Positions 28,635-39,512 of a stretch of 62,447 nt of DNA are shown one piece after another. Every line of letters begins with the position of its first letter. Within the stretch, counting starts at the first letter, position 1. This stretch comes from a bacterium (GTDB lineage Bacteria > UBP6 > JAFGXH01). The notes under the pieces were generated by a model. The model saw only the letters and a program-made list of their open reading frames with translations, did no database searches and was not told the DNA's origin. The position numbers and the translations under genes are program-made. The stretch covers positions 1 through 62,447 of the forward strand of contig JAFGXH010000116.1 of assembly GCA_016936735.1 (NCBI GenBank), in the 5' to 3' direction.

Positions 28635-28940
28635 ATGTTAAGTGTTTATAGTGTTATTAAGAAGCCTTTGATTACAGAAAAATCAAGTGCTGAAAGTGAA
28701 AATCTTTCAAAATACCACTTTATTGTAGATCGTACAGCTACAAAAGAGGATATCAGAGCAGCTGTTGAAGAGCTTTTTAAAGTTTCTGTTGATAGTGTTA
28801 ACACAATGTTGTATCATGGAAAGCCAAAAAGAGTGCGTGCTCATTTTACAAAAAGACAAAGCTTTAAAAAAGCAATTGTAACTCTTAAAGAGGGTTCAAA
28901 AATTGATTTTTTTGAAGAGATGGCAACTGAAGAGAATTAA
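28635..28940 (+). CDS. rplW: 50S ribosomal protein L23.
   Basis: [11 protein letters not shown]... Confidence 0.9.
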   Translation: MLSVYSVIKKPLITEKSSAESENLSKYHFIVDRTATKEDIRAAVEELFKVSVDSVNTMLYHGKPKRVRAHFTKRQSFKKAIVTLKEGSKIDFFEEMATEEN

Positions 28941-28951
28941 GGAGTAATAAA

Positions 28952-29809
28952 ATGGCATTGAAAAAATACAAACCTACTTCAGCTGGAAGAAGAGGAATGA
29001 GCTCCATCAGTTTCCGTAATCAGTTTTTAAATCAGGATGGAACTGTTACTCTTACAACTGAAAACCGTCCAGAAAAAACACTCTTGATTACAAAAAAATC
29101 AAAAGCTGGTCGTAATGCTCAAGGTAGAGTAACAACTCGTCATCAAGGTGGTGGACACAAACAGCAATATCGTGTTATTGATTTTAAAAGAAATAAATTT
29201 GATGTAGAGGGTAAAGTCTCCTCTATAGAATATGATCCAAATCGTTCTGCATTTATTGCACTTGTTGTTTACAAAGATGGAGAAAAACGTTATATTATTG
29301 CTCCAGAGGGATTAGTTGTTGGTCAAAAAGTAATCTCTTCAAATAGTGCAGATATAACAGTTGGAAATACTCTTCCTCTCCAAAGTATTCCTGTTGGTAC
29401 AGTAATTCATAATATTGAGCTTCAACCAGGAAGAGGAGCCCAGATGGTTCGTAGTGCTGGAAACTCAGCTCAGTTGCTTGGTAAAGAGGGAAAATATGCA
29501 ATTATTAAACTTCCTTCAAATGAAACAAGAAAAGTGTTATTGACTTGCAGAGCTACAATTGGAGCTGTTTCTAATTCAGACCACAATCTTGTACGTTTAG
29601 GAAAAGCAGGTAGAAATCGTTGGAAAGGTGTTCGTCCAAGTGTTCGTGGTGTTGTAATGAACCCTGTAGACCATCCTCATGGTGGTGGTGAAGGACGTAC
29701 TTCTGGTGGTCGTCATCCTGTTTCCCCTTGGGGTAAACCTACAAAAGGTCACCGTACAAGAAAAAATAAACGTACGGATAAATTTATCGTAAGTCGTAGA
29801 AAGAAATAA
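28952..29809 (+). CDS. rplB: 50S ribosomal protein L2.
   Basis: [14 protein letters not shown]... and [12 protein letters not shown]. Confidence 0.95.
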   Translation: MALKKYKPTSAGRRGMSSISFRNQFLNQDGTVTLTTENRPEKTLLITKKSKAGRNAQGRVTTRHQGGGHKQQYRVIDFKRNKFDVEGKVSSIEYDPNRSAFIALVVYKDGEKRYIIAPEGLVVGQKVISSNSADITVGNTLPLQSIPVGTVIHNIELQPGRGAQMVRSAGNSAQLLGKEGKYAIIKLPSNETRKVLLTCRATIGAVSNSDHNLVRLGKAGRNRWKGVRPSVRGVVMNPVDHPHGGGEGRTSGGRHPVSPWGKPTKGHRTRKNKRTDKFIVSRRKK

Positions 29810-29819
29810 GGAGTGAGAG

Positions 29820-30098
29820 GTGACAAGATCTATTAAAAAGGGTCCTTTTATTGATGAGCATCTACTAAAAAAAGTAGAAAAAGCTCAAAGAGGAGAGTCT
29901 AAAAAATTGATTAAAACTTGGTCCCGCCGTTCAACTATCGTTCCTGAATTTATTGGGGTTACGATTGCTGTTCATAATGGGAAAAAATTTTTACCTGTGT
30001 TAATCACAGAAAACATGATCGGCCACAAATTGGGTGAATTTGCTCCAACACGTACTTATTATGGTTTTGGTGCTGATAAGAAGAAGAAGAAAAAGTAA
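29820..30098 (+). CDS. rpsS: 30S ribosomal protein S19 (GTG start).
   Basis: [11 protein letters not shown]... Confidence 0.92.
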   Translation: MTRSIKKGPFIDEHLLKKVEKAQRGESKKLIKTWSRRSTIVPEFIGVTIAVHNGKKFLPVLITENMIGHKLGEFAPTRTYYGFGADKKKKKK

Positions 30099-30112
30099 TT
30101 AGGAGTTAAGTG

Positions 30113-30445
30113 ATGGAAGCTAAGGCAGTATTGAGGTTTTTAAGAATTTCCCCAACTAAAACCCGTATGGTTACGAACATGATTAAAGGTAAATATGTGA
30201 GTGAAGCACTTGCTCTTTTGAAGTTTACTGAAAAAGGTGCTGGAACTCCTATTTATAAACTTTTAAATTCTGCTATTACAAATGCAGAGAACAATTTTAA
30301 TGCAGATATTGATGATCTTCGTATCAAAAATATATTTGTTGACGAGGGCCCAATGTTGAAAAGATATCGTCCTGCAGCAATGGGAAGAGCAACTCGCATA
30401 AGAAAAAGAACAAGTCATGTAACTATTATTGTATCTAACGAATAG
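30113..30445 (+). CDS. rplV: 50S ribosomal protein L22.
   Basis: MEAKAVLRFLRISPTKTRMV. AGGAG sits 7 nt upstream of the ATG at 30113. Confidence 0.9.
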   Translation: MEAKAVLRFLRISPTKTRMVTNMIKGKYVSEALALLKFTEKGAGTPIYKLLNSAITNAENNFNADIDDLRIKNIFVDEGPMLKRYRPAAMGRATRIRKRTSHVTIIVSNE

Positions 30446-30454
30446 GGGGAAAGT

Positions 30455-31081
30455 TTGGGTCAAAAAGTTAATCCAATCAGTTTTCGTCTGGTTGTAAACA
30501 AAGATTGGCGTTCCAAATGGTTTAAAGACAGCAAATCCTATGCAAAATTATTACGCCAAGATATTGAATTGCGTAAATATATTCTTGAAAACCGCAAAAA
30601 TACCGGTATTGCTAGAATTGATGTGGAACGTATTGGTGATAAAAAGGTGAATATTATTGTTTATACAGCAAAAATGGGTCTTTTTATTGGTGCTAAAGGT
30701 GAAAATAAAGATAAACTCGTTGAAAGCATAAAAAAAGATCTTAAAGAGACAGTAAATATTCGTCCAATTGAGGTTAAGAAACCACAAATTAATGCACAAT
30801 TAATCTCTGAAAATGTTGCAATGCAACTTAAAAAGAGGGTTTCATTTAGAAAAGCAATGAAAAAAGCTATTCAAGAAGCAATGAAAAGTGGTGCAAAAGG
30901 GGTTAAAATTTTCTGTTCAGGCCGTTTAGGTGGAGCAGAGATGGCTCGTACAGAGTGGTATCGTGAAGGAAGAGTTCCTCTTCAAACTCTTCGTGCAAAA
31001 ATTGAGTATGGTTTTTCCGAGGCATTGACCACATACGGATTAATCGGGGTTAAAACATTGGTTTATTTAGGTGATGAATAA
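30455..31081 (+). CDS. rpsC: 30S ribosomal protein S3 (TTG start).
   Basis: [11 protein letters not shown]... KH domain. AGGGGGA SD. Confidence 0.92.
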   Translation: MGQKVNPISFRLVVNKDWRSKWFKDSKSYAKLLRQDIELRKYILENRKNTGIARIDVERIGDKKVNIIVYTAKMGLFIGAKGENKDKLVESIKKDLKETVNIRPIEVKKPQINAQLISENVAMQLKKRVSFRKAMKKAIQEAMKSGAKGVKIFCSGRLGGAEMARTEWYREGRVPLQTLRAKIEYGFSEALTTYGLIGVKTLVYLGDE

Positions 31082-31092
31082 GGAGTCTCAAA

Positions 31093-31500
31093 ATGTTGAG
31101 TCCGAAAAGAGTAAAACACAGAAAAACTTTTAAAGGCAGAACTAGAGGTTTTGCATATACAGGAAATGAGGTGAGTTTCGGAGATTTCGGTTTAAAATCA
31201 GTTGAACCAGGCTGGTTAAGCTCAAAACAGATTGAAGCAGGTCGTATCGCTTTAAACCGTTATATTAAAAGGGGTGGAAAAATTTGGATTCGTATTTTTC
31301 CAGATAAACCTTTAACAAAAAAACCAGCTGAAACTCGTCAAGGAAAAGGTAAAGGTTCTCCTGATTCTTGGGTTGCAGTTATTAGACCAGGAATGGTTCT
31401 TTATGAAGTGGAGGGAGTTACTGAAGAGCAAGCAAAAGAGGCTTTTCGTCTTGCAGCTCACAAGTTACCAATTAAAACAAAATTTGTTGTTAAGGATTGA
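31093..31500 (+). CDS. rplP: 50S ribosomal protein L16.
   Basis: [11 protein letters not shown]... Confidence 0.93.
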   Translation: MLSPKRVKHRKTFKGRTRGFAYTGNEVSFGDFGLKSVEPGWLSSKQIEAGRIALNRYIKRGGKIWIRIFPDKPLTKKPAETRQGKGKGSPDSWVAVIRPGMVLYEVEGVTEEQAKEAFRLAAHKLPIKTKFVVKD

Positions 31501-31508
31501 GGTTTTTG

Positions 31509-31730
31509 ATGAAAACAACACAACAAAAATTAAGTCAAAAGTTGTTAAAAGAGCTTAAAGAACTCGAAAAAGAGAAACGTATGGAGCTTTTTACAGCGAG
31601 AATGAAACATTATTCAGGCCAATTGATGGATGTTTCACAGTTGAAAAAATTAAAGAAAGAGGTTGCGGCTATTTTAACTGTTATCCATCAAAAAGAGAAT
31701 GAAGAACAAAGCAGTGCTCATAACTCTTAA
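31509..31730 (+). CDS. rpmC: 50S ribosomal protein L29.
   Basis: ATG at 31509 after the L16 stop. LKELKELEKEKRMELFTARMK. Confidence 0.85.
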   Translation: MKTTQQKLSQKLLKELKELEKEKRMELFTARMKHYSGQLMDVSQLKKLKKEVAAILTVIHQKENEEQSSAHNS

Positions 31731-31749
31731 CTAGCTAAGGGGATTAAAG

Positions 31750-31998
31750 ATGCAAGGAAGAAGAAAAGTGCTTCAGGGAGTAGTTATCAGTGATAAAATG
31801 GATAAAACTGTAACAGTTGAAATTAATACCCTGATTTTGCATAAAAAATATAAAAAATATGTAAAAAGAAGAGTTCGTTATAAAGCTCATGATGAACAAA
31901 ATGATTGCAAAGTAGGCTATAAAGTGATGATTGAAGAGACAAGACCACTCAGCAAAACAAAAAGATGGAGAGTGGTTAAAATTGTAAATACTATTTAG
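31750..31998 (+). CDS. rpsQ: 30S ribosomal protein S17.
   Basis: [20 protein letters not shown]... Confidence 0.92.
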   Translation: MQGRRKVLQGVVISDKMDKTVTVEINTLILHKKYKKYVKRRVRYKAHDEQNDCKVGYKVMIEETRPLSKTKRWRVVKIVNTI

Positions 31999-32011
31999 TG
32001 AGGAGTACCCT

Positions 32012-32380
32012 ATGATTCAAATGTCAACAAACTTAACTGTAGCAGACAATTCGGGAGCTAAAAGAGTTCAGTGCATTAAGGTTTTGGGTGGCTCTAAAAA
32101 AAGATTTGCGCATCTTGGAGATATTATTGTTGTTAGTGTGAAAGAGGCAATTCCTAATTCCAAAATACAAAAAGGAAAAGTGTATCGTGCAGTTATTGTT
32201 CGTACAGTTAAAGAGGTTGCTCGTAAAGATGGATCACTAATAAGATTTGATGATAATTCTGTCGTTTTACTCAATGCAAGTCATGAACCTATCGGAACTC
32301 GTATTTTTGGACCAGTTGCAAGAGAGTTAAGAACTAAACAATTTATGAAAATTATTTCTATGGCACCAGAAGTATTATAA
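32012..32380 (+). CDS. rplN: 50S ribosomal protein L14.
   Basis: [27 protein letters not shown]. Confidence 0.95.
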   Translation: MIQMSTNLTVADNSGAKRVQCIKVLGGSKKRFAHLGDIIVVSVKEAIPNSKIQKGKVYRAVIVRTVKEVARKDGSLIRFDDNSVVLLNASHEPIGTRIFGPVARELRTKQFMKIISMAPEVL

Positions 32381-32395
32381 TTGGGAGAAGGTATC

Positions 32396-32815
32396 ATGAA
32401 AGTAAAAACTTTGAACAAAGATAGAAAACCAAAAATCTTGAACAAAGACAGAACTAGAAAAAATCTTCGCAATAAGATGAAGCTCAAAAAAGGCGATAAA
32501 GTTATAGTTATCACTGGAAAACGTGAAGATAAAGGCAAAGTTGGTGAAATTTTAAGAGTTTTTCCAAAAACAGGAAAAGTTTTAATTCAAGGTATTAACC
32601 TTAGAACAAAACATAAAAAAGTTGACCCAAATACAAAAGAGGGTGGAATTGTAAAAATTGAAACTCCCCTTGATGCTTCAAATGTAATGTATTATTGTGA
32701 GTCTGCTCAAAAACCAACAAGAATTGGGTATCGTCTTAATGCAAATGGAACTAAAGTTCGTTTTTGCAAATTGACTGGTGAAGAGATTGTTGAGAAAAAA
32801 GTTATTAAAAAGTAG
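32396..32815 (+). CDS. rplX: 50S ribosomal protein L24 with a Lys-rich N-terminal extension of about 27 aa.
   Basis: GGGAGAAGG SD 5 nt before the ATG at 32396. Canonical L24 begins at MKLKKGDKVIVITGK (32477). The extension contains the tandem repeat LNKDRKPKI / LNKDRTRKN. Confidence 0.8.
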   Translation: MKVKTLNKDRKPKILNKDRTRKNLRNKMKLKKGDKVIVITGKREDKGKVGEILRVFPKTGKVLIQGINLRTKHKKVDPNTKEGGIVKIETPLDASNVMYYCESAQKPTRIGYRLNANGTKVRFCKLTGEEIVEKKVIKK

Positions 32816-32846
32816 TTGTTAAATTTTTGTAGACGGAGATAAGAGA

Positions 32847-33410
32847 ATGCATCAAACATTGCGTTTATATAAGGAAGTTGCTGTCCCAGAGATGATTTCA
32901 ACATTCCAATACAAAAACCCAATGGAGATTCCAAGAATTCAAAAAATCAGTTTGAATATGGGAATTGGGGAAGCAATACAAAACGGGAAATTATTAGAAA
33001 ATGCTGTTGTTCAGTTAACAAACATTGCTGGCCAAAAAGCAGTAATTACTCGTGCAAAAAAATCTATTAACCAATTTAAACTTCGTCAAGGTATGGCTAT
33101 CGGTTGCCGCGTTACCTTACGCCGTGATCGTATGTGGAATTTTTTAGATAAACTCTTCTATGTTGCATTGCCACGTGTACGTGACTTTAAAGGAATCTCT
33201 TTTAAAGGTTTTGATGGTCGTGGTAATTTTACATTTGGAATTAAAGAGCATATCATTTTCCCTGAGATTGATTATGATAAAGTTGATAAAATTCTTGGAA
33301 TGAATATCACTATCGTAACTTCAGCAAGAACGGATGAAGAAGCAAGAGCACTATTGAAATATATTGGTGCTCCATTTAAAGGTAATGAGACTGGAGGACA
33401 AGTTGGCTAA
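32847..33410 (+). CDS. rplE: 50S ribosomal protein L5.
   Basis: Conserved L5 N-terminus and length. Confidence 0.92.
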   Translation: MHQTLRLYKEVAVPEMISTFQYKNPMEIPRIQKISLNMGIGEAIQNGKLLENAVVQLTNIAGQKAVITRAKKSINQFKLRQGMAIGCRVTLRRDRMWNFLDKLFYVALPRVRDFKGISFKGFDGRGNFTFGIKEHIIFPEIDYDKVDKILGMNITIVTSARTDEEARALLKYIGAPFKGNETGGQVG

Positions 33411-33588
33411 AAAAGCATTGATGTATAAAGCAACACTGGAACCTAAATTCCAGGTAAGAGGATATAATAGATGTCCTTTATGCGGACGTAGTCGCGGTTT
33501 TATGAGAAAATTTGGAATGTGCCGTATCTGTTTTCGTAATTTGGCATCTAAAGGTGAAATTCCTGGTGTTACGAAATCTAGTTGGTAA
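33403..33588 (+). CDS. rpsN: 30S ribosomal protein S14, zinc-binding type Z (61 aa), TTG start overlapping the rplE stop.
   Basis: [10 protein letters not shown]...[31 protein letters not shown] sits 5 nt upstream of the TTG. Confidence 0.85.
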   Translation: MAKKALMYKATLEPKFQVRGYNRCPLCGRSRGFMRKFGMCRICFRNLASKGEIPGVTKSSW

Positions 33589-33603
33589 TACAATTTTTAA
33601 TTG

Positions 33604-33632
33604 TTGACAAATTGTAAAAAATGATATATGAT
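33604..33632 (+). promoter_or_regulatory. Internal sigma70-type promoter between rpsN and rpsH.
   Basis: Perfect TTGACA, 17-nt spacer, TATGAT. Located in the 71-nt gap. Confidence 0.4.
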
Positions 33633-33659
33633 ACTAGGCCTTAGTATGTAGGAGTGGAC

Positions 33660-34070
33660 ATGTATGTAAATGATCCTATTGGTGATTTTCTAACAAGAAT
33701 TCGTAACGCTCAAATGGCGAAACATAGTTATTTAAGAGTTCCGACATCAAAAATCAAACAGGAACTGGCAAACATTTTATTAGAAGAGGGATTCATTAGC
33801 TCTGTTGAAGAACTTGAAAAAGAGGAAAGAAACCCTGTAGCAATGTTAGAAGTTGGTTTAAAATATAACCCAAAAACAAATGAGCCTATTATTAGTGAGA
33901 TTAAAAGAATCTCCAAACCAGGCCGTAAAGTTTATATAAAATCAAAAGACCTTCATCCATATAAAAATGGTTTTGGTTCATTTATATTAACAACATCTCA
34001 AGGGGTAATGACCGACCGCAAAGCAAGAACATTAAATGTGGGTGGTGAATTAATCTGTTCTATTTGGTAA
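33660..34070 (+). CDS. rpsH: 30S ribosomal protein S8.
   Basis: ATG at 33660 after AGGAG. MYVNDPIGDFLTRIRNA. Confidence 0.9.
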   Translation: MYVNDPIGDFLTRIRNAQMAKHSYLRVPTSKIKQELANILLEEGFISSVEELEKEERNPVAMLEVGLKYNPKTNEPIISEIKRISKPGRKVYIKSKDLHPYKNGFGSFILTTSQGVMTDRKARTLNVGGELICSIW

Positions 34071-34083
34071 TAAGGAGTAGACG

Positions 34084-34623
34084 GTGTCTAGAATTGGAAA
34101 ACAGCCTGTTCAAATACCAAGCGGTGTTGAAGTAAAATTAGAGGGTGGAAATCTTTCTGTTAAAGGACCTCTGGGTCAATTAACTCAAACAATCCGCCCA
34201 GAAGTAAATGTTTCAATTGAGAATAATCAGATTATTTTTGCAGTTGATTCAGATGAGTATAGAAGCTATTGGGGATTAACAAGAGCACTTGTGAATGGTA
34301 TGGTGCAGGGAGTTTCTAAAGGCTTTACAAAAGTTTTGGAAGTTATAGGTGTTGGATATCGTGTTGAACTAAAAAAAGAGTATATTGTTTTCTTTTTAGG
34401 TCACTCACACGAAATATGGTATGAAGTTCCAGCAGGAATTACAGCTGCTGTTAAAGACAATAAATTAACATTAACATCTCCTAATAAACAACAATTAGGA
34501 CAAGTTTCTGCAGTTATTCGTTCTTTAAGAAAACCTGAACCTTATAAAGGAAAAGGTATTAAATATTCAACAGAAGTTGTAAAAAGAAAAGCAGGAAAAA
34601 CAGGTAAGGGCGGTAAAAAATAG
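34084..34623 (+). CDS. rplF: 50S ribosomal protein L6 (GTG start).
   Basis: SRIGKQPVQIPSGVEVKLEG. Confidence 0.92.
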   Translation: MSRIGKQPVQIPSGVEVKLEGGNLSVKGPLGQLTQTIRPEVNVSIENNQIIFAVDSDEYRSYWGLTRALVNGMVQGVSKGFTKVLEVIGVGYRVELKKEYIVFFLGHSHEIWYEVPAGITAAVKDNKLTLTSPNKQQLGQVSAVIRSLRKPEPYKGKGIKYSTEVVKRKAGKTGKGGKK

Positions 34624-34631
34624 GATAAGAG

Positions 34632-34994
34632 ATGAAAAGGGATAAAATTGTTTTACGCTTAAAAAGAAAAAAAAGCATCCGTAAAAAAGTTAACGGAACA
34701 ACTGAAAGACCTCGTTTGACCGTTTTTAAAAGCTCTGGTCATATTTATGCACAGGTGATTAATGATGAATTGGGTGTAACTCTTGTTACTGCTTCAACAT
34801 TATCAAAATCTCTTAAAGAAAACCTAAACGGAAAAACAAAAACCGAAAAAGCAGTTGCTGTTGGAGCTTTAGTTGCAGAACTTGCTCTTCAAAACGGAAT
34901 AACATCTGTTGTTTATGATAGAAATGGTTATCCATATCATGGAAGAGTAAAAGCTTTGGCTGATGCTGCAAGAGAGAAAGGACTTAATTTTTAG
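34632..34994 (+). CDS. rplR: 50S ribosomal protein L18.
   Basis: [20 protein letters not shown]. Confidence 0.92.
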   Translation: MKRDKIVLRLKRKKSIRKKVNGTTERPRLTVFKSSGHIYAQVINDELGVTLVTASTLSKSLKENLNGKTKTEKAVAVGALVAELALQNGITSVVYDRNGYPYHGRVKALADAAREKGLNF

Positions 34995-35003
34995 GAGATA
35001 AAA

Positions 35004-35516
35004 TTGGACAGAAGAGTACTTAACTTTAATATGCCTGATGAAGAGCTAAGGGATAAAGTAGTATTTATCAACAGAACAGCAAAAGTTGTTAAGGGTGGTC
35101 GTCGTTTTGGTTTCGCAGCACTTGTTGTTGTTGGTGATGGAAATGGAGTTGTAGGCTTTGGTCTTGGAAAAGCTAAAGAGGTTATTGAGGCTATTCGTAA
35201 AGGTAAAGAGTCTGCTAAGAAAAATATGATAAGAATTCCTCTTGATGGTGTAACTATTCCACATGATATTGTTGCTAAATTTGGTGCAGCAAAAGTACTT
35301 TTGAAACCAGCTCCTGAAGGACATGGGGTTATTGCTGGTTCGAGTGTTCGTGCGGTTATGGAAGTTGCAGGTGTTCAAGATGTTGTAACAAAACTATTGG
35401 GATCCAATAATCCTCACAATGTTGTAAAAGCTGTTTTTCGTGCGTTTGAACAAATCAAAACTGCAGAGGAATTTGCTTTAGAAAGAGGAAAGGAGATTTC
35501 ATACTTCAAATCTTAA
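35004..35516 (+). CDS. rpsE: 30S ribosomal protein S5.
   Basis: [26 protein letters not shown]. Confidence 0.93.
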   Translation: MDRRVLNFNMPDEELRDKVVFINRTAKVVKGGRRFGFAALVVVGDGNGVVGFGLGKAKEVIEAIRKGKESAKKNMIRIPLDGVTIPHDIVAKFGAAKVLLKPAPEGHGVIAGSSVRAVMEVAGVQDVVTKLLGSNNPHNVVKAVFRAFEQIKTAEEFALERGKEISYFKS

Positions 35517-35527
35517 TGAGGAAACTG

Positions 35528-35713
35528 ATGAGTAAACTTAGAATTGAATTAAGAGGAAGCCGAATTGGTGTAAATTACCGACACCTTGCTGTTCTTGATG
35601 GTTTAGGGTTAAGAAAAAGAGGAGCTATTGTTCTTCGTGATAATGACTCAAGAATCAGAGGAATGGTGAAAAAAGTAATTTATTTGCTTAATGTTGAAGA
35701 AGTTAATGAGTAG
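35528..35713 (+). CDS. rpmD: 50S ribosomal protein L30.
   Basis: ATG at 35528 after a GAGGAA SD. MSKLRIELRGS...LGL. Confidence 0.85.
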   Translation: MSKLRIELRGSRIGVNYRHLAVLDGLGLRKRGAIVLRDNDSRIRGMVKKVIYLLNVEEVNE

Positions 35714-35722
35714 AGGTTAGTA

Positions 35723-36322
35723 ATGAATCTTTCAGAATTGAAACCCCAAAAAGGATCAACAAAGTCACGCAAAAGAATTGGTAGAGGTCCAGGTTCCGGA
35801 TGGGGAAAAACAGCCGGAAAAGGACATAAAGGGATGAATGCTAGAAGTGGTGGTGGAGTTCGTCCAGGATTTGAAGGTGGACAGATGCCTCTTCACAGAA
35901 GATTACCAAAAATTGGTTTTTGTAATCGTTTCGCTATAGAAGTAACTGTTGTGACAGTTGACCAACTTAATGTATTTAATAATGGTGATGTTGTTACTCA
36001 TAAATCACTTTTTGAAAGTGGAGTTGTCTCTCTTGCTCATCCAGTATTAAAACAGCTTTTTTGGAATAAAGAGAATGAAACTCTTGATATTAATTGGGAA
36101 TCTCTTTCAACAGAGAGATTAAATTGGTTATTCAAACACAACCCAATTAAAGTGATATCAAAAAATGATGCTGTTCTTGAGAAAAAATTGACTTTAAAAG
36201 TTAATAGAGTGAGTGATGGTGCTCGTAAGCTTGTTGAAGCAAAGGGTGGTATTATTGAGGTAGTTAAAACTACATCTATTGGAAGAAAAATTAAACAATT
36301 AAAAACTGCAAAACAAAAGTAA
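35723..36322 (+). CDS. rplO: 50S ribosomal protein L15, with an extended C-terminus.
   Basis: [37 protein letters not shown]. Confidence 0.9.
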   Translation: MNLSELKPQKGSTKSRKRIGRGPGSGWGKTAGKGHKGMNARSGGGVRPGFEGGQMPLHRRLPKIGFCNRFAIEVTVVTVDQLNVFNNGDVVTHKSLFESGVVSLAHPVLKQLFWNKENETLDINWESLSTERLNWLFKHNPIKVISKNDAVLEKKLTLKVNRVSDGARKLVEAKGGIIEVVKTTSIGRKIKQLKTAKQK

Positions 36323-36336
36323 GCTGAGGTAAAAGG

Positions 36337-37698
36337 GTGTTTACAAGATTTTTCAACTATTTTAAAGTTCGAGACCTGAGAACCCGTATTCTGATTACTC
36401 TAGCCCTTTTGGCGGTATATCGGATCGGAGTATATATTACAACACCAGGTACAAATCGTGTTGTAATGGGTAAAATATTAAAAGAGCAATCTCAAGGAAC
36501 ATTCTTTGGGATGTTCAACCTTTTTTCAGGTGGAGCATTTAAACAGCTCTCAATATTTGCCCTTGGAATTATGCCTTATATATCTGCATCTATTATTCTC
36601 TCCCTTTTGGTGGTTGTAATAAAACCACTTGAACGTCTTCAAAAAGAGGGTGGAGAACAGGGACGCCAAAAGATAAATCAATATACCAGATATGGAACTG
36701 TATTACTAAGTATTGTTCAAGGGTTTGGAATATCATACTACTTAGAGTCTCAGAAATATGTTGGTGAGACAATTGAATATGTGGTATCTCCAAACATTAA
36801 CAAATGGATGTTTCGCTTCATAACTATTGTTACACTTACTGGTGGAACAATGTTTCTAATGTGGCTTGGTGAGAAAATTACTGAGTTTGGTGTAGGAAAT
36901 GGAATATCTTTGATAATTTTTGCTGGTATTGTTGTTGGTCTTCCTGATGCAGTAATACAGACTGTATATAAAGCTCGTCAGGGAAAAGAGGGTGGCTTAG
37001 AGGCATTTGATGTAATTATTCTTGGAATAATTATGTTAATAACAATTGCTTTTGTTGTTTTCCTTGAGACCGCATATAGAAAGTTAAAAATTCAGAACAG
37101 TAAGCAGAGAGTTGGTGGTGGAGGAGTAATATCAGAATCAAGTGTTTTACCTTTAAAAGTGAATATGTCTGGTGTAATTCCCCCTATTTTTGCATCCTCT
37201 CTATTGATGTTTCCAACTACTATTGCAGGATTTTCACAAAATGCTACAGTACAGAAAATAGTTGCTTTTTTCCAATTTGGAAGTTGGGGATATGATGTTT
37301 TTTATATATTATTAATCATATTCTTTACATATTTCTATACTGCAATACAATTTAACTCTAAAGATATGGCAGAAAACCTTCAAAAATCTGGTGGTGCTAT
37401 ACCTGGTGTACGTCCTGGTGAAGAGACTATTGCATATTTAGATAAAGTTGTTAATCGTCTTACATTTGCAGCAGGAATCTATTTATCAGCAGTGAGTATT
37501 TTACCTGGACTTTTAATAAAACACTATGAAATTCCATTCTTTTTTGGTGGAACTTCACTGCTAATTGTTGTTGGTGTTGCACTTGATACTCTTAATCAAA
37601 TGGACTCATATGTTATTGGTAGTCAATATGCAAATCTATCAGATACAACTTCAGCTCCATCAAGAATAAGAGGAAGACGTTATCAAGAGGATGTATAA
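36337..37698 (+). CDS. secY: Preprotein translocase SecY (probable GTG start).
   Basis: 10-TM protein. LALLAVYRIGVYITTPG. Location after rplO. Confidence 0.93.
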   Translation: MFTRFFNYFKVRDLRTRILITLALLAVYRIGVYITTPGTNRVVMGKILKEQSQGTFFGMFNLFSGGAFKQLSIFALGIMPYISASIILSLLVVVIKPLERLQKEGGEQGRQKINQYTRYGTVLLSIVQGFGISYYLESQKYVGETIEYVVSPNINKWMFRFITIVTLTGGTMFLMWLGEKITEFGVGNGISLIIFAGIVVGLPDAVIQTVYKARQGKEGGLEAFDVIILGIIMLITIAFVVFLETAYRKLKIQNSKQRVGGGGVISESSVLPLKVNMSGVIPPIFASSLLMFPTTIAGFSQNATVQKIVAFFQFGSWGYDVFYILLIIFFTYFYTAIQFNSKDMAENLQKSGGAIPGVRPGEETIAYLDKVVNRLTFAAGIYLSAVSILPGLLIKHYEIPFFFGGTSLLIVVGVALDTLNQMDSYVIGSQYANLSDTTSAPSRIRGRRYQEDV

Positions 37699-37700
37699 TA

Positions 37701-38354
37701 ATGAGAGCTTATTTAATTTTACTCGGTGCTCCGGGTGCAGGAAAAGGGACTGTTGCTAAAAGATTAGTTGATAGGAATGGCTGGATTCAAATCTCAACAG
37801 GAGATATGTTGAGAGAGGAGATAGCAAAACAGTCCTCTCTAGGATTAGAGGCTAAAAGCTATATGGACCAAGGGAATTTAGTTCCAGATGATTTAATAAT
37901 AAAAATGTTAAAGACACATCTTGAACAGGGTGATAATGGTGTTTTATTGGATGGTTTTCCAAGAACAGAGGAACAAGCTATTTCTCTCGAGAGAATTTTC
38001 TCTGAAATGGGTGTCTCTTTGGACTCTGTTGTTAATCTTGTTGTTCCTGAAGAGCTTTTATTAGCTCGTCTTGGAGGAAGATTGGTTTGTAAAGAGTGTA
38101 AAGCCTCTTTTCATAAACTATTTTCACCACCTAAAGAGGTTGGTGTGTGTGATCATTGTGGTGGTACTCTATATCAAAGAAGTGATGATAATCCTGAAAG
38201 TATTCAACAACGCTTGAGGGTATATCATACATCAACAAAACCACTGATAGATTTTTATAAAGATAAATCTCTATTAGCAGATATTGATGGAAGTCGTGAT
38301 GCAGAAGAGGTATATAATGATATTACGGCTCTTCTTGAAAAGAGGGGGAATTAA
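37701..38354 (+). CDS. adk: Adenylate kinase with a Cys4 zinc lid.
   Basis: [10 protein letters not shown]. Lid CKECKASF...CDHCGG. Confidence 0.93.
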   Translation: MRAYLILLGAPGAGKGTVAKRLVDRNGWIQISTGDMLREEIAKQSSLGLEAKSYMDQGNLVPDDLIIKMLKTHLEQGDNGVLLDGFPRTEEQAISLERIFSEMGVSLDSVVNLVVPEELLLARLGGRLVCKECKASFHKLFSPPKEVGVCDHCGGTLYQRSDDNPESIQQRLRVYHTSTKPLIDFYKDKSLLADIDGSRDAEEVYNDITALLEKRGN

Positions 38355-38575
38355 TGCCTAAAGGTGATCATATTGAAATGGAAGGGACAGTTCTCGAGCC
38401 TTTACCAAATGCAATGTTTAGGGTTGAATTAGACAATGGTCATAAAATATTAGCTCATATATCAGGTAAAATGAGAATGAATTTTATTCGTATTTTACCT
38501 GGAGATAGAGTTACTGTTGAGATATCACCCTATGATTTGACAAAGGGGAGAATTATTTATAGAAGCAAAAATTAA
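38354..38575 (+). CDS. infA: Translation initiation factor IF-1.
   Basis: [39 protein letters not shown]. Confidence 0.93.
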   Translation: MPKGDHIEMEGTVLEPLPNAMFRVELDNGHKILAHISGKMRMNFIRILPGDRVTVEISPYDLTKGRIIYRSKN

Positions 38576-38590
38576 TATTAAGGATGAGAT

Positions 38591-38704
38591 ATGAAAGTAA
38601 GATCTTCTGTAAAAAAAATTTGTGATAAATGCAAAGTTGTAAAACGGAAAGGGATCATCCGGATTATTTGTGAAAATCCAAAACATAAGCAAAGACAAGG
38701 TTAA
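38591..38704 (+). CDS. rpmJ: 50S ribosomal protein L36 (37 aa; not in the ORF track).
   Basis: Translated by hand: [37 protein letters not shown]. Confidence 0.9.
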   Translation: MKVRSSVKKICDKCKVVKRKGIIRIICENPKHKQRQG

Positions 38705-38725
38705 TGAAACTTTAGGGAGGATAGC

Positions 38726-39094
38726 TTGGCCAGATTATTTGGTGTTGACTTACCAAAAAATAAAAGAATGGAAATTGCTCTCACCTATATCTATGGGATT
38801 GGGCGCTCTTCTGCTCAAAAGATTTTGAGTGAAGCAAATATTGATTGGAATTTAAAATCAGACCACTTGACTGATGATCATATCCGTGTTCTGAGAGAGA
38901 TTATTGAGAATAATTATATCACAGAGGGAGAGCTTCGTAAAGAAATCTCGATGAACATCAAACGTCTTATGGACCTTAATGTTTATCGTGGTCTCCGTCA
39001 CAAAAAACATCTTCCTGTTCGTGGACAACGTACACATACAAATGCACGTACCAGAAAAGGACCAAGAAGAGCTGTTGTTAAGAAGAAAAAATAA
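38726..39094 (+). CDS. rpsM: 30S ribosomal protein S13 (TTG start).
   Basis: [21 protein letters not shown]. Confidence 0.92.
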   Translation: MARLFGVDLPKNKRMEIALTYIYGIGRSSAQKILSEANIDWNLKSDHLTDDHIRVLREIIENNYITEGELRKEISMNIKRLMDLNVYRGLRHKKHLPVRGQRTHTNARTRKGPRRAVVKKKK

Positions 39095-39109
39095 GCGGGA
39101 GGATCATTC

Positions 39110-39499
39110 ATGGCCAGAACACGTAAAGTGGTAAAAAAGAAAGTTAAAAAAAATATTCAAAGTGGTATAGCACATATTCAATCCACATTTAATAATACTA
39201 TTATCACAATAAGTGATGTGAGTGGTAATGTTATTGCTTGGTCAAGTGCTGGTGTAAATGGTTTTAAAGGTTCTCGTAAAAGTACTCCATTTGCAGCACA
39301 ACAGGCAGCTGCTGATGCTGGAAAAAAAGCTCAAGAGCATGGACTTAAATCTATTGCAATCTATATCAAAGGACCTGGAGCAGGTAGAGAATCTGCAGTA
39401 AGAGGTCTTGCATCTGTTGGATACAAAGTAACCTTGTTAAAAGATGTAACTCCAATTCCACACAATGGTTGTAAATCCAGAAAAAGAAGAAGAGTGTAA
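39110..39499 (+). CDS. rpsK: 30S ribosomal protein S11.
   Basis: [18 protein letters not shown]. Confidence 0.93.
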   Translation: MARTRKVVKKKVKKNIQSGIAHIQSTFNNTIITISDVSGNVIAWSSAGVNGFKGSRKSTPFAAQQAAADAGKKAQEHGLKSIAIYIKGPGAGRESAVRGLASVGYKVTLLKDVTPIPHNGCKSRKRRRV

Positions 39500-39512
39500 T
39501 TAAGGAGAGAGA

